Assembly (NCBI GenBank): GCA_964421315.1
Contig: CAYQXD010000003.1
Span: forward strand, 1-44,776
Direction of reading: 5' to 3'
Source of the DNA: an uncultured Thiotrichaceae bacterium
GTDB taxonomy: Bacteria > Pseudomonadota > Gammaproteobacteria > SZUA-229
DNA length: 44,776 nt
This document shows positions 7,608 to 17,308 of this stretch, piece by piece; position 1 is the first letter of the stretch, and each line of letters opens with the position of its first letter. The notes under the pieces are model-generated. The model searched no databases, was not told the DNA's origin, and saw only the letters and a program-made list of their open reading frames with translations. A program made the translations under genes and the position numbers.

Positions 7608-8110
7608 ATGAAATACTATCAAATTTTCCATACACCAGAAGAACTCGGTAAACTTGCTCGTGCAGGGAGAAAATCACAAAAACCAGGGTTGCGTACCGCT
7701 GCCCCGCGAGCCAACGTGGGCCCCGATTTCTATCTGAATTTGAACGAGGCAAGCCGACAGCAGAGTTTGCCAAGGTTATCTCTGCTGTGCATGCTGCTGG
7801 TTTAGATCTTGTACTTGCCGACCGAGTTCGCTCTCGGGATTTATACGACCTCTATGTGTTGATGCGCGGCTATGGCTACTCTCTGGATACGTTGTTTTCC
7901 ATGGTCAAAGAAATTGGCACCGTAGATGACCCCGAACACTACAAAGCCATCATGCGCGGCGAGATCCCTCTAGATGATGACAACGAAGGACTTGAAGCTG
8001 TTGAGCTAGATACTAATTATGAGAAAATCATTAAATATTTCAAGCATAAGATCGATGAGTACGAGACAGGCTTAGCGCGTGATCATTTTCTTGGGAAGCC
8101 AGAACTCTGA
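7608..8110 (+). pseudogene. Decayed TA/abortive-infection remnant: frameshifted XRE/HipB-like HTH fused to the C-terminal ~95 aa of an AbiEii-like (DUF1814) nucleotidyltransferase
   Basis: Frame 1 reads MKYYQIFHTPEELGKLARAGRKSQK..ANVGP. After the GGCCCC run (~7718-7727) the next frame reads RFLSEFERGKPTAEFAKVISAVHAAGLDLVL, typical of an XRE antitoxin C-terminus. It continues without a stop into SRDLYDLYVLM..., an AbiEii-like C-terminus. Confidence 0.45.
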
Positions 8111-8160
8111 AGCGCACAGAAGATCCAGAATAGGCAGCCAGTTCATATTGCTCGCGTTTA

Positions 8161-9855
8161 TCAAGTAAGATTTTCACCGTTCTGCTGCACCGATTCAGCC
8201 TTTTTTTCAGCACCCGTTGCAAACAGCTTATCAATAGCTTCTGCAGCCGCATCCGCATAAGGCATTAGCACCTGATTAGCACCCGCCTGCTGTAGTTGCT
8301 TCGCATCGGCGATGGTGTGAGCCGTTACCGACACTTTACCTTTATAGTTATAATCGCGAAGGCCATGCAACAAAGTGAGATTAACCGACATCTCGCGCAC
8401 ACTGCACAATACCCAGGTTGCCTGCGCTAGCGGCAAACTGGCGAGAAATTCCGGGTCTTCGGCATCACCGTAACGCACCGCATAACCGCTCGCCTCCTGC
8501 TTACGCACCAGATCGGGATCAAAATCCACACCAAGTACCCGGTGACCGCGTTGGCGCAACTCGTGAGCAATGCTGGAGCCAAATCGCCCCAGACCGAACA
8601 GGATGATATCAACACTGTTTTCATCTGTTGTTTGATCGCCAATTTCTTCCCGGTACGCCCGTTTACGCTCAAACATACCCAGCCAGGGAGCCATTTTTTC
8701 ATAGAGTGGATGGGAGTAAAGAATCATATAGGTGGAAGCACTAATGGTAATCAAACCCACCAGGGTAATAAGACCCATGGTATCGGCATCAATATGCCCC
8801 AGACTCAAACCCAAAGCCCCCAAAATCAGAGAGAACTCACTGATTTGCGCGACCGTTAGACCGGCCAGAAACCCTGTGCGTTTGCGATACCCCATAAAGC
8901 CCAAAATGCTCATCACGATTAATGGATTACCAATGAGCACAAACAACGAAAGAATAATAGCCGGAATCAGTTGTGCGCCCAGTGTTGCCAACTCCAGCCC
9001 GGCGCCCAGATCGATAAAGAAAAACAGCAACAAAAAATCGCGCAGACTCACCAGGCGCGAGCCAATGACATCACGGTAGGGGGTAGAAGCCAGCGACACC
9101 CCGGCAAGAAAGGCGCCCACTTCTTTGCTAAAGCCCAGATACGCACCCAATGCACCCAATGCCACTGCCCAGGCGATGGCAAACAGCACCAGTAATTCTG
9201 TCGAACGCGCCAGCAAATGCAACAGCGGGGTCAACACAAAACGCATCAACAAGCCGATGGCGAAAATAAACAGGCCACCTTTGAGCAATACCTCAAACGC
9301 TTCACGGCCAAGACTGGCGACATCACCCGCCTCGCCCAGCGCGGCCAGGCCAATCATCACCAGTACCACGACGATATCCTGAATAATGAGAAAACCAATG
9401 GCGATACGTCCGTGCAACGCATCTACCTCGCGTTTATCAGACAGCAGTTTGACAATGATAATGGTACTGGAAAAGGTCAGCGCCACCGCCACATAAAGGG
9501 CTGTCACAGGAGACATGCCTAAGGCAAGGGCAATAAAATAACCCACCACCGAGGTAAAAATGACCTGCCCCATACCTGTGGCCAGCGCCACCAGCCCCAT
9601 GGTGCGGATAATGTGTAGATCCAGTTTCAGCCCCACCACGAATAACAATAACGCAATACCCAGCTTCGCCAGCAGGTCAACCTGATCATCAGCCGACACC
9701 CAGCCAAGAACTGAGGGTCCCACCAATATGCCGACCACGATAAAGGCAACAATCAGCGGTTGCCTTAGCCGCACAGCAATGGCACCAATGATGGCAGCCA
9801 TCAACAGTAACGCCGCTATTTCGGTAAAAACATCGTTAAACATAGGTATCACCAT
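8161..9855 (-). CDS. CPA2-family cation:proton antiporter with a C-terminal RCK/TrkA-N domain (KefB/KefC-like)
   Basis: About 12 TM segments are followed by ILFGLGRFGSSIAHELRQRGHRVLGVDFD (Rossmann GxGxxG). An alternative ATG lies at 9843. Confidence 0.8.
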   Translation of the reverse strand: MVIPMFNDVFTEIAALLLMAAIIGAIAVRLRQPLIVAFIVVGILVGPSVLGWVSADDQVDLLAKLGIALLLFVVGLKLDLHIIRTMGLVALATGMGQVIFTSVVGYFIALALGMSPVTALYVAVALTFSSTIIIVKLLSDKREVDALHGRIAIGFLIIQDIVVVLVMIGLAALGEAGDVASLGREAFEVLLKGGLFIFAIGLLMRFVLTPLLHLLARSTELLVLFAIAWAVALGALGAYLGFSKEVGAFLAGVSLASTPYRDVIGSRLVSLRDFLLLFFFIDLGAGLELATLGAQLIPAIILSLFVLIGNPLIVMSILGFMGYRKRTGFLAGLTVAQISEFSLILGALGLSLGHIDADTMGLITLVGLITISASTYMILYSHPLYEKMAPWLGMFERKRAYREEIGDQTTDENSVDIILFGLGRFGSSIAHELRQRGHRVLGVDFDPDLVRKQEASGYAVRYGDAEDPEFLASLPLAQATWVLCSVREMSVNLTLLHGLRDYNYKGKVSVTAHTIADAKQLQQAGANQVLMPYADAAAEAIDKLFATGAEKKAESVQQNGENLT

Positions 9856-9887
9856 TCAGTTTCTCTTATTTTTGATCTGTCACGTCT

Positions 9888-10054
9888 CCAGGAGGCTGTC
9901 CGAGAATAGAGAGCCTACTGCAAATCCCATAAAGGTCATAATCTGAGCTTATTGAAATCGTTAAATAGCACAACTATTCGCCTCATTCAATAAACTCACC
10001 TTATAACCTTTCTGTGATTTTCGCTACGACTTCTATTCTCGGACAGCCTCCTGG
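9888..10054. repeat. 167-bp element bounded by a perfect 23-bp inverted repeat (ccaggaggctgtccgagaataga)
   Basis: The left arm is 9888-9910 and the right arm 10032-10054, an exact reverse complement. The right arm and about 36 nt of the interior encode the last ~22 residues and the stop of the P-type ATPase. Confidence 0.85.
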
Positions 10055-12752
10055 TTTCCCGGCTTCGCCGGAACCTTTTTTCCGCACCGATGACCAGATA
10101 GATGACCAGACCAACCGCCAGGATATACACCCAGTCCATAAAGCCGATAGGTGCTGTATGGAACAGTTTATTCATCAACGGCAGGTAGGTGAAGGCCAGT
10201 TGCGCCGCAGTCATGGCGGCGATGCCTACCCAGATCCAGGGATTGCTGAACAAGCCAAGCTGAAATATGGAAAATCGCAACGATCGGCAGTTCAGCAGGT
10301 AGAATGACTGTCCCACCGCAAACACATTGACCGCGATGGTGCGGGCTTCAGCTTCACTGGCACCCTGTAGCAGCGCCCACCTGAACAGACCGAAGCTACC
10401 GATCAGTAATAACAAGCCGACCAGTACAATGCGAAAAATCATTTCGCCACTGAGAATGGCGGTATCCGGTCTGCGTGGCAAACGACGCATAATACCTGGT
10501 TCACGCGGTTCAAAGGCTAAAGCAAGACCAAGTAACACGGCGGTGGTCATATTGATCCACAATGCCTGCACAGGCAGCACCGGCAATGGTTGCGCTGCCA
10601 TCACTGCGGCGATAATCACCAGCCCCTGACCGGCATTGGTGGGCAAAATCCAGGTGAGAAATTTGATCAGGTTGTCGAATACACCGCGACCTTCTTCCAC
10701 CGCTGCCTCAATGGTGGCGAAATTGTCATCGGTCAGCACCATGTCGGCTGCTTCTTTTGATACTTCGGTGCCGGTAATGCCCATGGCCACGCCAATATCT
10801 GCGCGGCGCAAAGCTGGCGCATCGTTAACCCCGTCACCGGTCATGGCAACCACTTCACCGTGGGCTTGCAGGGCTTCAACCAGACGCAGTTTTTGCTCGG
10901 GCGTTACCCGTGCAAAAACGGCAGTGCCAGTGGCAGCCTTGATCAGCTCGGCATCGGACATGACTTCCAGTTCACGACCACTCAGTACCTGCGGAATTTC
11001 GCCATCACTCAGGGTAACATCGAGACCAATCTTGCCGGCGATGGCAGCAGCGGTAATGGCGTGATCACCGGTAATCATTTTGACCCGAATACCGGCAGCC
11101 TGGCAGGCGCGTACCGCCTGTATCGCCTCTCCCCGTGGTGGGTCAATCATGCCCTGCAAACCAATAAAAACCAGCCCCTGATCAACATTCTCATGGTCAA
11201 TGCTGGTAGTATCCGCTGACACTGGCAGACGTGCGAAAGCCAGTACTCGCTGCCCCTTGCTGGCCATTGCATCTACCCTGGCATGCACGACATCTTTATC
11301 CAGTAGCTTGCTGCTTCCATCGGTTCCCATAATGGTATCGCAACGTTCCAGCATGCTCTCCACTGAACCTTTCAGGCAAACCACCGGGCGGTCGCCACCA
11401 TGAAGAGTCGCCATATACTGGTGTTGAGACTCAAAAGGGATGGTATCCAGCCGTGGGTAAAGATTCTGTTCCTGCTTACCATCAAGCTCAGCTTTGCTCG
11501 CCGCCACCAGCAACGCCCCTTCAGTAGGATCACCCTCGACCTTCCAACCTTCTTCACCCTGTTTAAGGACAGATTCATTACACAGCAGACCGGTGCGCAG
11601 CAGTTCGACCAGTGCTGTGTGCTTGCTGACATCCACTTTTTTACCGCTTTGCTGAATTTCACCGTGTGGTGTATAACCAATACCGCTAACTGCAAATTCT
11701 TCATCTCCCGCCCACAACTGCTGTACTGTCATCTGGTTACGGGTCAGGGTACCGGTTTTGTCCGAACAGATAACGGTGGTGCTGCCGAGAGTTTCCACCG
11801 TCGGCAGGCGACGAATGATAGCGTTGCGTTTTGCCATACGCGCCACACCGATGGCCAGAGTAATGGTCAACACTGCAGGTAAGCCTTCTGGAATCATCGC
11901 CACCGACAGGGCTACCGCAGCCATGAACAGATCAATCCAGCTATCGCCATGGTATAAACCGACCAGGAAAGTAATCGCCGCCAACCCTAAAATGGCGTAC
12001 AGCAACAAATGAGAAAAGCGCGCAATCTTGCGGGTTAGTGGTGTCGCCAGCACCTCGGCACTGGCGATAAGCTCGGAGATGAGTCCAATCTCGGTCGCAT
12101 CACCGGTTTCAGTGACCACGCCCACAGCGGTACCATAGGTCACCAGCGTGGACGAATAAGCCATATTCGTTCGCTCAGCCAGGATAATATTATGTTGCAG
12201 TACAGCCGATTGTTTTTCCACCGGCAGCGACTCTCCGGTCAGTGCAGATTCATCAATCTGTAAACTCCGGCTATGCAGCAGGCGCAGGTCAGCCGGCACC
12301 TTGTCGCCCGAGGTGAGCAACACGATATCGCCCGGCACCAGTTCTTTGGCATCGATGCGCTGCTTCTCACCAGCACGTAATACTGTGGTCTCGGTAGTCA
12401 GCGCACGAGACAGGGCTTCCAACGCACTCAAGGCCTTGCCTTCCTGCACAAAACCAATAATCGAATTGAGCAGCACCACACCAAAGATAACACCAGCATC
12501 CACCCAGGCACCAAGGAACAGCTTAATAACAACCGCTACCAGCAGGATGTATACCAGCGCCTGGTTGAACTGCAACAGAAATCGCAGCAGCGGACCCTGC
12601 CCTTTACGCTGAGTCAGTGCATTGGCACCAAAGTTTTGCTGACGGTTCTCTACCTCAAACCGATCCAGCCCTTTATCCTGATCGCTATCAAGCAGATCCA
12701 GTACTTCTTCCTGGGGCAGGTGATGCCAGTGTTTTTCCAGCAAGGTTTTCAT
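9996..12752 (-). CDS. P-type cation-transporting ATPase (type IIA, Ca2+/Mg2+-like)
   Basis: 918 aa with TGES, CSDKTGTLT, MITGDH, TGDGVNDAPAL and 10 predicted TM segments. Confidence 0.9.
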   Translation of the reverse strand: MKTLLEKHWHHLPQEEVLDLLDSDQDKGLDRFEVENRQQNFGANALTQRKGQGPLLRFLLQFNQALVYILLVAVVIKLFLGAWVDAGVIFGVVLLNSIIGFVQEGKALSALEALSRALTTETTVLRAGEKQRIDAKELVPGDIVLLTSGDKVPADLRLLHSRSLQIDESALTGESLPVEKQSAVLQHNIILAERTNMAYSSTLVTYGTAVGVVTETGDATEIGLISELIASAEVLATPLTRKIARFSHLLLYAILGLAAITFLVGLYHGDSWIDLFMAAVALSVAMIPEGLPAVLTITLAIGVARMAKRNAIIRRLPTVETLGSTTVICSDKTGTLTRNQMTVQQLWAGDEEFAVSGIGYTPHGEIQQSGKKVDVSKHTALVELLRTGLLCNESVLKQGEEGWKVEGDPTEGALLVAASKAELDGKQEQNLYPRLDTIPFESQHQYMATLHGGDRPVVCLKGSVESMLERCDTIMGTDGSSKLLDKDVVHARVDAMASKGQRVLAFARLPVSADTTSIDHENVDQGLVFIGLQGMIDPPRGEAIQAVRACQAAGIRVKMITGDHAITAAAIAGKIGLDVTLSDGEIPQVLSGRELEVMSDAELIKAATGTAVFARVTPEQKLRLVEALQAHGEVVAMTGDGVNDAPALRRADIGVAMGITGTEVSKEAADMVLTDDNFATIEAAVEEGRGVFDNLIKFLTWILPTNAGQGLVIIAAVMAAQPLPVLPVQALWINMTTAVLLGLALAFEPREPGIMRRLPRRPDTAILSGEMIFRIVLVGLLLLIGSFGLFRWALLQGASEAEARTIAVNVFAVGQSFYLLNCRSLRFSIFQLGLFSNPWIWVGIAAMTAAQLAFTYLPLMNKLFHTAPIGFMDWVYILAVGLVIYLVIGAEKRFRRSRETRRLSENRSRSENHRKVIR

Positions 12753-12856
12753 GTTTGTGTTACTCCGGTGTAAACCTGTCTATCCGTGTTATTCTTATGT
12801 GCGTTTATGAATAAGAGTATTGTGGCTCACAAATATAAAATTATAAGGAATATCAC

Positions 12857-14092
12857 ATGCAAAATCACCTTAACAATAATAATAGGAACCACTATAAATG
12901 GTCACTGATAATTCTATTAACCATATTCTTCACTGGCTGTAACGATAACACAGAGCGCTCCACAGAATCTAAAGCAGGTGATCTGGTCTCTGTGACTCAA
13001 TTATCGACACATAGCAAACAGACAATAATAACAGTCTTAGGCAATGTTGCAACTCAGATAACACCCGCTTATTCCGTCGACAACTACAAGGTAGTCTATA
13101 AGACAAAAGACACCAAAGGTAATTTAATCAATGTTTCAGGTTTGATGGCATTGCCGCAAAAGATAATGGCGGCAAGCAGTCCCAGACTCAGTATTCAGCA
13201 TGGTACGATTTTTCTTGATCAGCAAGCGCCTTCCTTCAATCATCAAGCTGGCTCTAACTCCGTAATCGCCGCCTCATTAGGCTTTATTGTTACCGCACCC
13301 GATTACATCGGTTATGGCGAATCGGCTGGTCAGACGCACCCGCATTCACACAAAGATACCCTGGCATGCGCGGGTATTGATTTATTACGTGCCAGCAAAA
13401 GCTGGCTTGAACAGCAACAAATTGCAGAAAACGGGCAGTTATTTATTGCAGGCTACTCTGAAGGAGGATATGCAACACTGGCAATGCAGAAAGTGATTCA
13501 GACGGAATTGTTCAATGAATTTACAGTAACCGCATCCGTTCCTGCCGCAGGTTCTTATGACCTGACGCGGGCATCTAAAAGAGACCCTGATGAACCAGCT
13601 TTTACCTTCGTGTTTATTGCCTATATCATCAAGGCTTACGATGAAGTTTATGGACTAAACATACTGGCTGATGCGATTCGCCCTGAATATTTAGATGTAG
13701 TGAATACACATTTTGATGGCACACGTTCTGGCGCACAGATCAGCGCATTATTGCCACCAACTGATTCCCCTGCCGACAGCTTTTTCAACCGAGCTTTTTT
13801 GCAAAAATTTAATAATGGCGAACTACCCGCATTAAGTAATCGAATTGCAGAAAACAATCTGCATGACTGGATTCCAACCGCAGCAACCCGTTTCTTTCAG
13901 GCAAGAGAAGACAAGATTGTTGCTTTTGAGCCTGTGGTTCAAATGGTACAGACCATGCGAGGTAATGGCGCAACTGATATTGAACTGATTGAGTGCTATG
14001 CAGGCGGATTAGCGACGACACATGATAATTGCTTCTTTCCGGCATTGATTTATTCAGCTGGGTTTTTCTCAACATTGGCCAGGGATTTATAA
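12857..14092 (+). CDS. Secreted alpha/beta-hydrolase (lipase/esterase-like) lipoprotein
   Basis: A signal peptide with a lipobox (FFTGC) and a nucleophile elbow GYSEGG. Confidence 0.6.
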   Translation: MQNHLNNNNRNHYKWSLIILLTIFFTGCNDNTERSTESKAGDLVSVTQLSTHSKQTIITVLGNVATQITPAYSVDNYKVVYKTKDTKGNLINVSGLMALPQKIMAASSPRLSIQHGTIFLDQQAPSFNHQAGSNSVIAASLGFIVTAPDYIGYGESAGQTHPHSHKDTLACAGIDLLRASKSWLEQQQIAENGQLFIAGYSEGGYATLAMQKVIQTELFNEFTVTASVPAAGSYDLTRASKRDPDEPAFTFVFIAYIIKAYDEVYGLNILADAIRPEYLDVVNTHFDGTRSGAQISALLPPTDSPADSFFNRAFLQKFNNGELPALSNRIAENNLHDWIPTAATRFFQAREDKIVAFEPVVQMVQTMRGNGATDIELIECYAGGLATTHDNCFFPALIYSAGFFSTLARDL

Positions 14093-14191
14093 GAGGGTAT
14101 CTCTATTAATCTGACATCTGCCGCTTTTAGGTGATCGTAGTATAAAAACAAGATAGAAGTAAAATTCGACATCCCGTTAATAAATAACTCC

Positions 14192-15988
14192 TTAATAAGC
14201 AAGAAGAAACACAAACACCATGAGCAATATTAAAACCAATGTAATAGCAACCATCCAGCGTTGCAACTGGTTTTCACCTGCACCTATCATTAACCTTAAT
14301 CCGGAACGATACTGAAGCCGATTCCAGGCAGCCATCAGGGATAATTGCCAGCCTGGTAAAATGTTAAAAGAGAATGCGTAAAATGATGCCATAAAACAAT
14401 GCAGGGGTTTTTCTACGATAAGCAGAATATCACCCGCAGGAATGCGAAATTGGCGGGGGAACCATAAGTTCCTGATGAACGATTGCCGGGCAAACCAGAA
14501 GGCAGAAAACGCAACACCCACACCCAGAACAAGCGGCCATAATGCGCTAATTACAGTCTGCTCTGACCAGGGGTTAGTGTCAGAATCTATTGAGATAAAC
14601 CACGGGTTAAACAATACCACCAGCAATAAAACACTCCACGATAACCACATAACACTAGCAGCCGACTTTGCTGGTGAGCAGGCAATTTTTTTGCCCTGTT
14701 GCCAGACCAGATACAAAAAACGCAACATAAGAATGCTGGTTGCTACCGAACTCAATGACCACAAAATTAGCAGCGCGTCACTCCAGGGCAATGATGTTGA
14801 TGTGGCTGATAGCTTGAGAAAGTGCTTTGCCATCATGCCGCTAGTCCACGGTGCGCCAGCCAGTGCCAGTGCCGGTAGCAACAGACCCGCCAGCAACAAA
14901 TAGCGCTGAACTTTTGATGCCAACTGCACGGCAACAAAACCCACACCAAGAAACAAAGCACCCTTGGCAATGCCGTGATGCAGGGCAAAAATCAACACAG
15001 CAGTTAATAGCAGTGGCCATCTATCCGGCGCAATCAGACCCAGACCAACAACCGTGGTCATTATCCCCATAATGCTAATACTGGAATAAGCCAGCACAAC
15101 TTTTGCATTGCTTTGTAACACTCCGATAAGCACAGCATAAAAAACCGCCACCATGCCAGCAGCCATCATTATCCCACCCCATACCGGTAATGCCGTTTCG
15201 CCTAATGGCAATACTCGCAACCAGCCCAGTAAACCCGCCGCTATCATTGCCCCCGAAAGCACTGCACTGGCGGGGGGCGGCGCCACTGGATGCGCTAACG
15301 GCAACCAGACATGCAAACCGATTACGCCAGCCTTGATGCCAAAACCAAGCAGCACCAGCCCTATAATCCAGTTACGCGATGCTGAATCTGCCACCGCTGA
15401 TTGCACAGGTTGAAATTCAATACTGCCTGCCGCCTGCGCTGCCATGATAAAAGCAGCAAACAACAGCACCTCGCCCACCACCACCAGAATGATAGTGACC
15501 CGCCCTGCCCGTAACGCTTGTGCTGTACCATCAAACACCACCATACCGTAAGAGGCAAAACTCATCAGAGCAAAAAAACTGTAAAAAGTGACCATATCCT
15601 GGGCAAGAATCAGCCCGAGATTACCTGCCATCGCCAACAGAAACCAGATAAAAAAACCTGATTTTTCCAGATTTAACAAACGCTCAGAAAAATAAGCCGT
15701 GCTATAAATACCTGCTGCCAACCATAGCAATGAGGTAAAAAACAGAAATATTCTCGCTGTCTCATCAAAACCAAAAAAGCTGCCGAGTAGCAGCCAGGGC
15801 AATTCCACGCTAATGCCGGGAGTCATCAACACAGACATTACAAGTGCCGGCAGTGCCGCCCAGGGTGCGAGCGCGAATACCAACCGGCGCAAACAACCAG
15901 ACATTAAGCCAATCGCCAGCAATAAGGGCAACCCCGGCACTAGCAACATAACCAGCAGCATAACCAGCGTGGAATCGAAGCTATTCAT
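14192..15988 (-). CDS. Divergent NuoL/M/N-like (MrpD-like) antiporter subunit, fourth in tandem, with a C-terminal extension
   Basis: 598 aa with a proton-antiporter-M-like core (GIKAGVIGLHVWLPLAHPVAPPP). The position of the TM5 Glu is Ala (FYSFFALMS). The C-terminal amphipathic segment plus final TM (ENQLQRWMVAITLVLILL) resembles the C-terminus of the preceding subunit. Confidence 0.7.
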   Translation of the reverse strand: MNSFDSTLVMLLVMLLVPGLPLLLAIGLMSGCLRRLVFALAPWAALPALVMSVLMTPGISVELPWLLLGSFFGFDETARIFLFFTSLLWLAAGIYSTAYFSERLLNLEKSGFFIWFLLAMAGNLGLILAQDMVTFYSFFALMSFASYGMVVFDGTAQALRAGRVTIILVVVGEVLLFAAFIMAAQAAGSIEFQPVQSAVADSASRNWIIGLVLLGFGIKAGVIGLHVWLPLAHPVAPPPASAVLSGAMIAAGLLGWLRVLPLGETALPVWGGIMMAAGMVAVFYAVLIGVLQSNAKVVLAYSSISIMGIMTTVVGLGLIAPDRWPLLLTAVLIFALHHGIAKGALFLGVGFVAVQLASKVQRYLLLAGLLLPALALAGAPWTSGMMAKHFLKLSATSTSLPWSDALLILWSLSSVATSILMLRFLYLVWQQGKKIACSPAKSAASVMWLSWSVLLLVVLFNPWFISIDSDTNPWSEQTVISALWPLVLGVGVAFSAFWFARQSFIRNLWFPRQFRIPAGDILLIVEKPLHCFMASFYAFSFNILPGWQLSLMAAWNRLQYRSGLRLMIGAGENQLQRWMVAITLVLILLMVFVFLLAY

Positions 15989-15991
15989 AAA

Positions 15992-17308
15992 TCAGGAAGC
16001 TAAGCCGATAAACACCACGGCAATGCCCAGCAACAAAAACAGGGTGACTGCAAAGACCCAACTTTGCAGCGCACGCTCGCTGAAATCCAATGCGCTTTGC
16101 AATGCACGGATACGTAACCAGAGACGGCTCACTTGTGCCAGCCACCAACTGCGCCAGCGGGGCAAAGTTTCATAACCTGCCATAGCCGCCCACGCCAGCA
16201 CCATGCCGGGGTAACGCTCAAACCACAAACTCGCCTCGTCTTCGTCTGCCGAATGCATTGCAGGGCAATGGCTTCTCGACCCTAACCGGACAATGGTTAT
16301 ATTCAATATCGCTAAAGCAAATACCAAAAGAATAATAAAAAGATAGGCTAAATCTCCGTAACCATGCCATATAGCACGATTTGACAGACCTGTGCCTATG
16401 GCTACGAAAAACAGACCGACGGCTAAAATAGTGGCATAAGCGGGTAATGTTTTTAATCGCGCTATTTTCTGTGCAAGCAAAATAACATAAAACATAGCGT
16501 AGAATACAGTGACCAGGCCCAAACCCTGGATAATTAGACCCAGCGTAGGTGCAATGATTTCACCCAGCGGCAGCCAGCGCACAAGTCCCAGCAGTGCGAT
16601 GGCAACAGGAACACCACCCAGCAACACAGCCACGGGTAAGCTGATTGAACGATAAGCCAGTGGCAACCAGAAAGTTAATGGCCAGATACCTGCCTTGAGC
16701 GCAAAACCTGAAATAACCATCGACAGATACAGTCCCAGCGAAGGTGACTGCGCCATTGCCTGCACCGCCGCTGTAAAACTCAGGTCATCGGTGTTTGCCA
16801 AGACGATCAACAACGCTTCAAACAGTGCCAGATCTGACAGCACCAAAAGCACCAGGTAGGCACGTCCGGCGCGGCGCGCCACATCATCCCTGCCGGATAC
16901 CAGCAAACCATAAAACCCATAACCCATTAATGTTGAAAAGACAAAAAAACCGACCTGGTCGGTTGCCAGTACCACACCAAGATTGCCTGCCATGGTGAGC
17001 AGAAAAAAGCGCGTAAATCGGTTGCTAGCAGTTTGCCCGTCGAATTTTTGTATCACACTAGCGGCAACGAGCCAAAGTATCACTAAAATCGCCAGCAACC
17101 ATCTTGATACGCCGCCATTACTCAGGCCAGTACCGAACAGCAACCAGGGTAATTCGACAGAATAAGTCAGCGGAACGCTTACCACAATAATGGCAGGTAA
17201 TAACGCAAGATAGCGGAACCATGGCCGACACGGGTACAATGCCAGCAGCAGCAGCAACGGCAGCCCCGGCACTGACAGCAATAACAAGGTGCCTACTATG
17301 TCATTCAC
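15992..17308 (-). CDS. Divergent NuoL/M/N-like (MrpD-like) antiporter subunit, third in tandem
   Basis: The start is trimmed to GTG 17308, giving a GTGA overlap with the upstream stop. The core is LKAGIWPLTFWLPLAY. There is no acidic residue at the TM5 Glu position (FFVFSTLMG). The C-terminus is ERALQSWVFAVTLFLLLG. Confidence 0.7.
   Translation of the reverse strand: MNDIVGTLLLLSVPGLPLLLLLALYPCRPWFRYLALLPAIIVVSVPLTYSVELPWLLFGTGLSNGGVSRWLLAILVILWLVAASVIQKFDGQTASNRFTRFFLLTMAGNLGVVLATDQVGFFVFSTLMGYGFYGLLVSGRDDVARRAGRAYLVLLVLSDLALFEALLIVLANTDDLSFTAAVQAMAQSPSLGLYLSMVISGFALKAGIWPLTFWLPLAYRSISLPVAVLLGGVPVAIALLGLVRWLPLGEIIAPTLGLIIQGLGLVTVFYAMFYVILLAQKIARLKTLPAYATILAVGLFFVAIGTGLSNRAIWHGYGDLAYLFIILLVFALAILNITIVRLGSRSHCPAMHSADEDEASLWFERYPGMVLAWAAMAGYETLPRWRSWWLAQVSRLWLRIRALQSALDFSERALQSWVFAVTLFLLLGIAVVFIGLAS

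Noticed and set aside
8418-12814. Numerous 60-160-aa plus-strand ORFs antisense to the KefB-like and P-type ATPase genes, for example 8542-8859, 10636-11064 and 11400-11882. Similar antisense ORFs lie inside the Mrp, hyp, hyn and pfa genes.
   Set aside because: They lie entirely within long ORFs that have clear family motifs on the other strand. They have Ser/Arg/Pro/Thr-rich low-complexity composition and no recognisable motifs or ribosome-binding sites. These are typical shadow ORFs.
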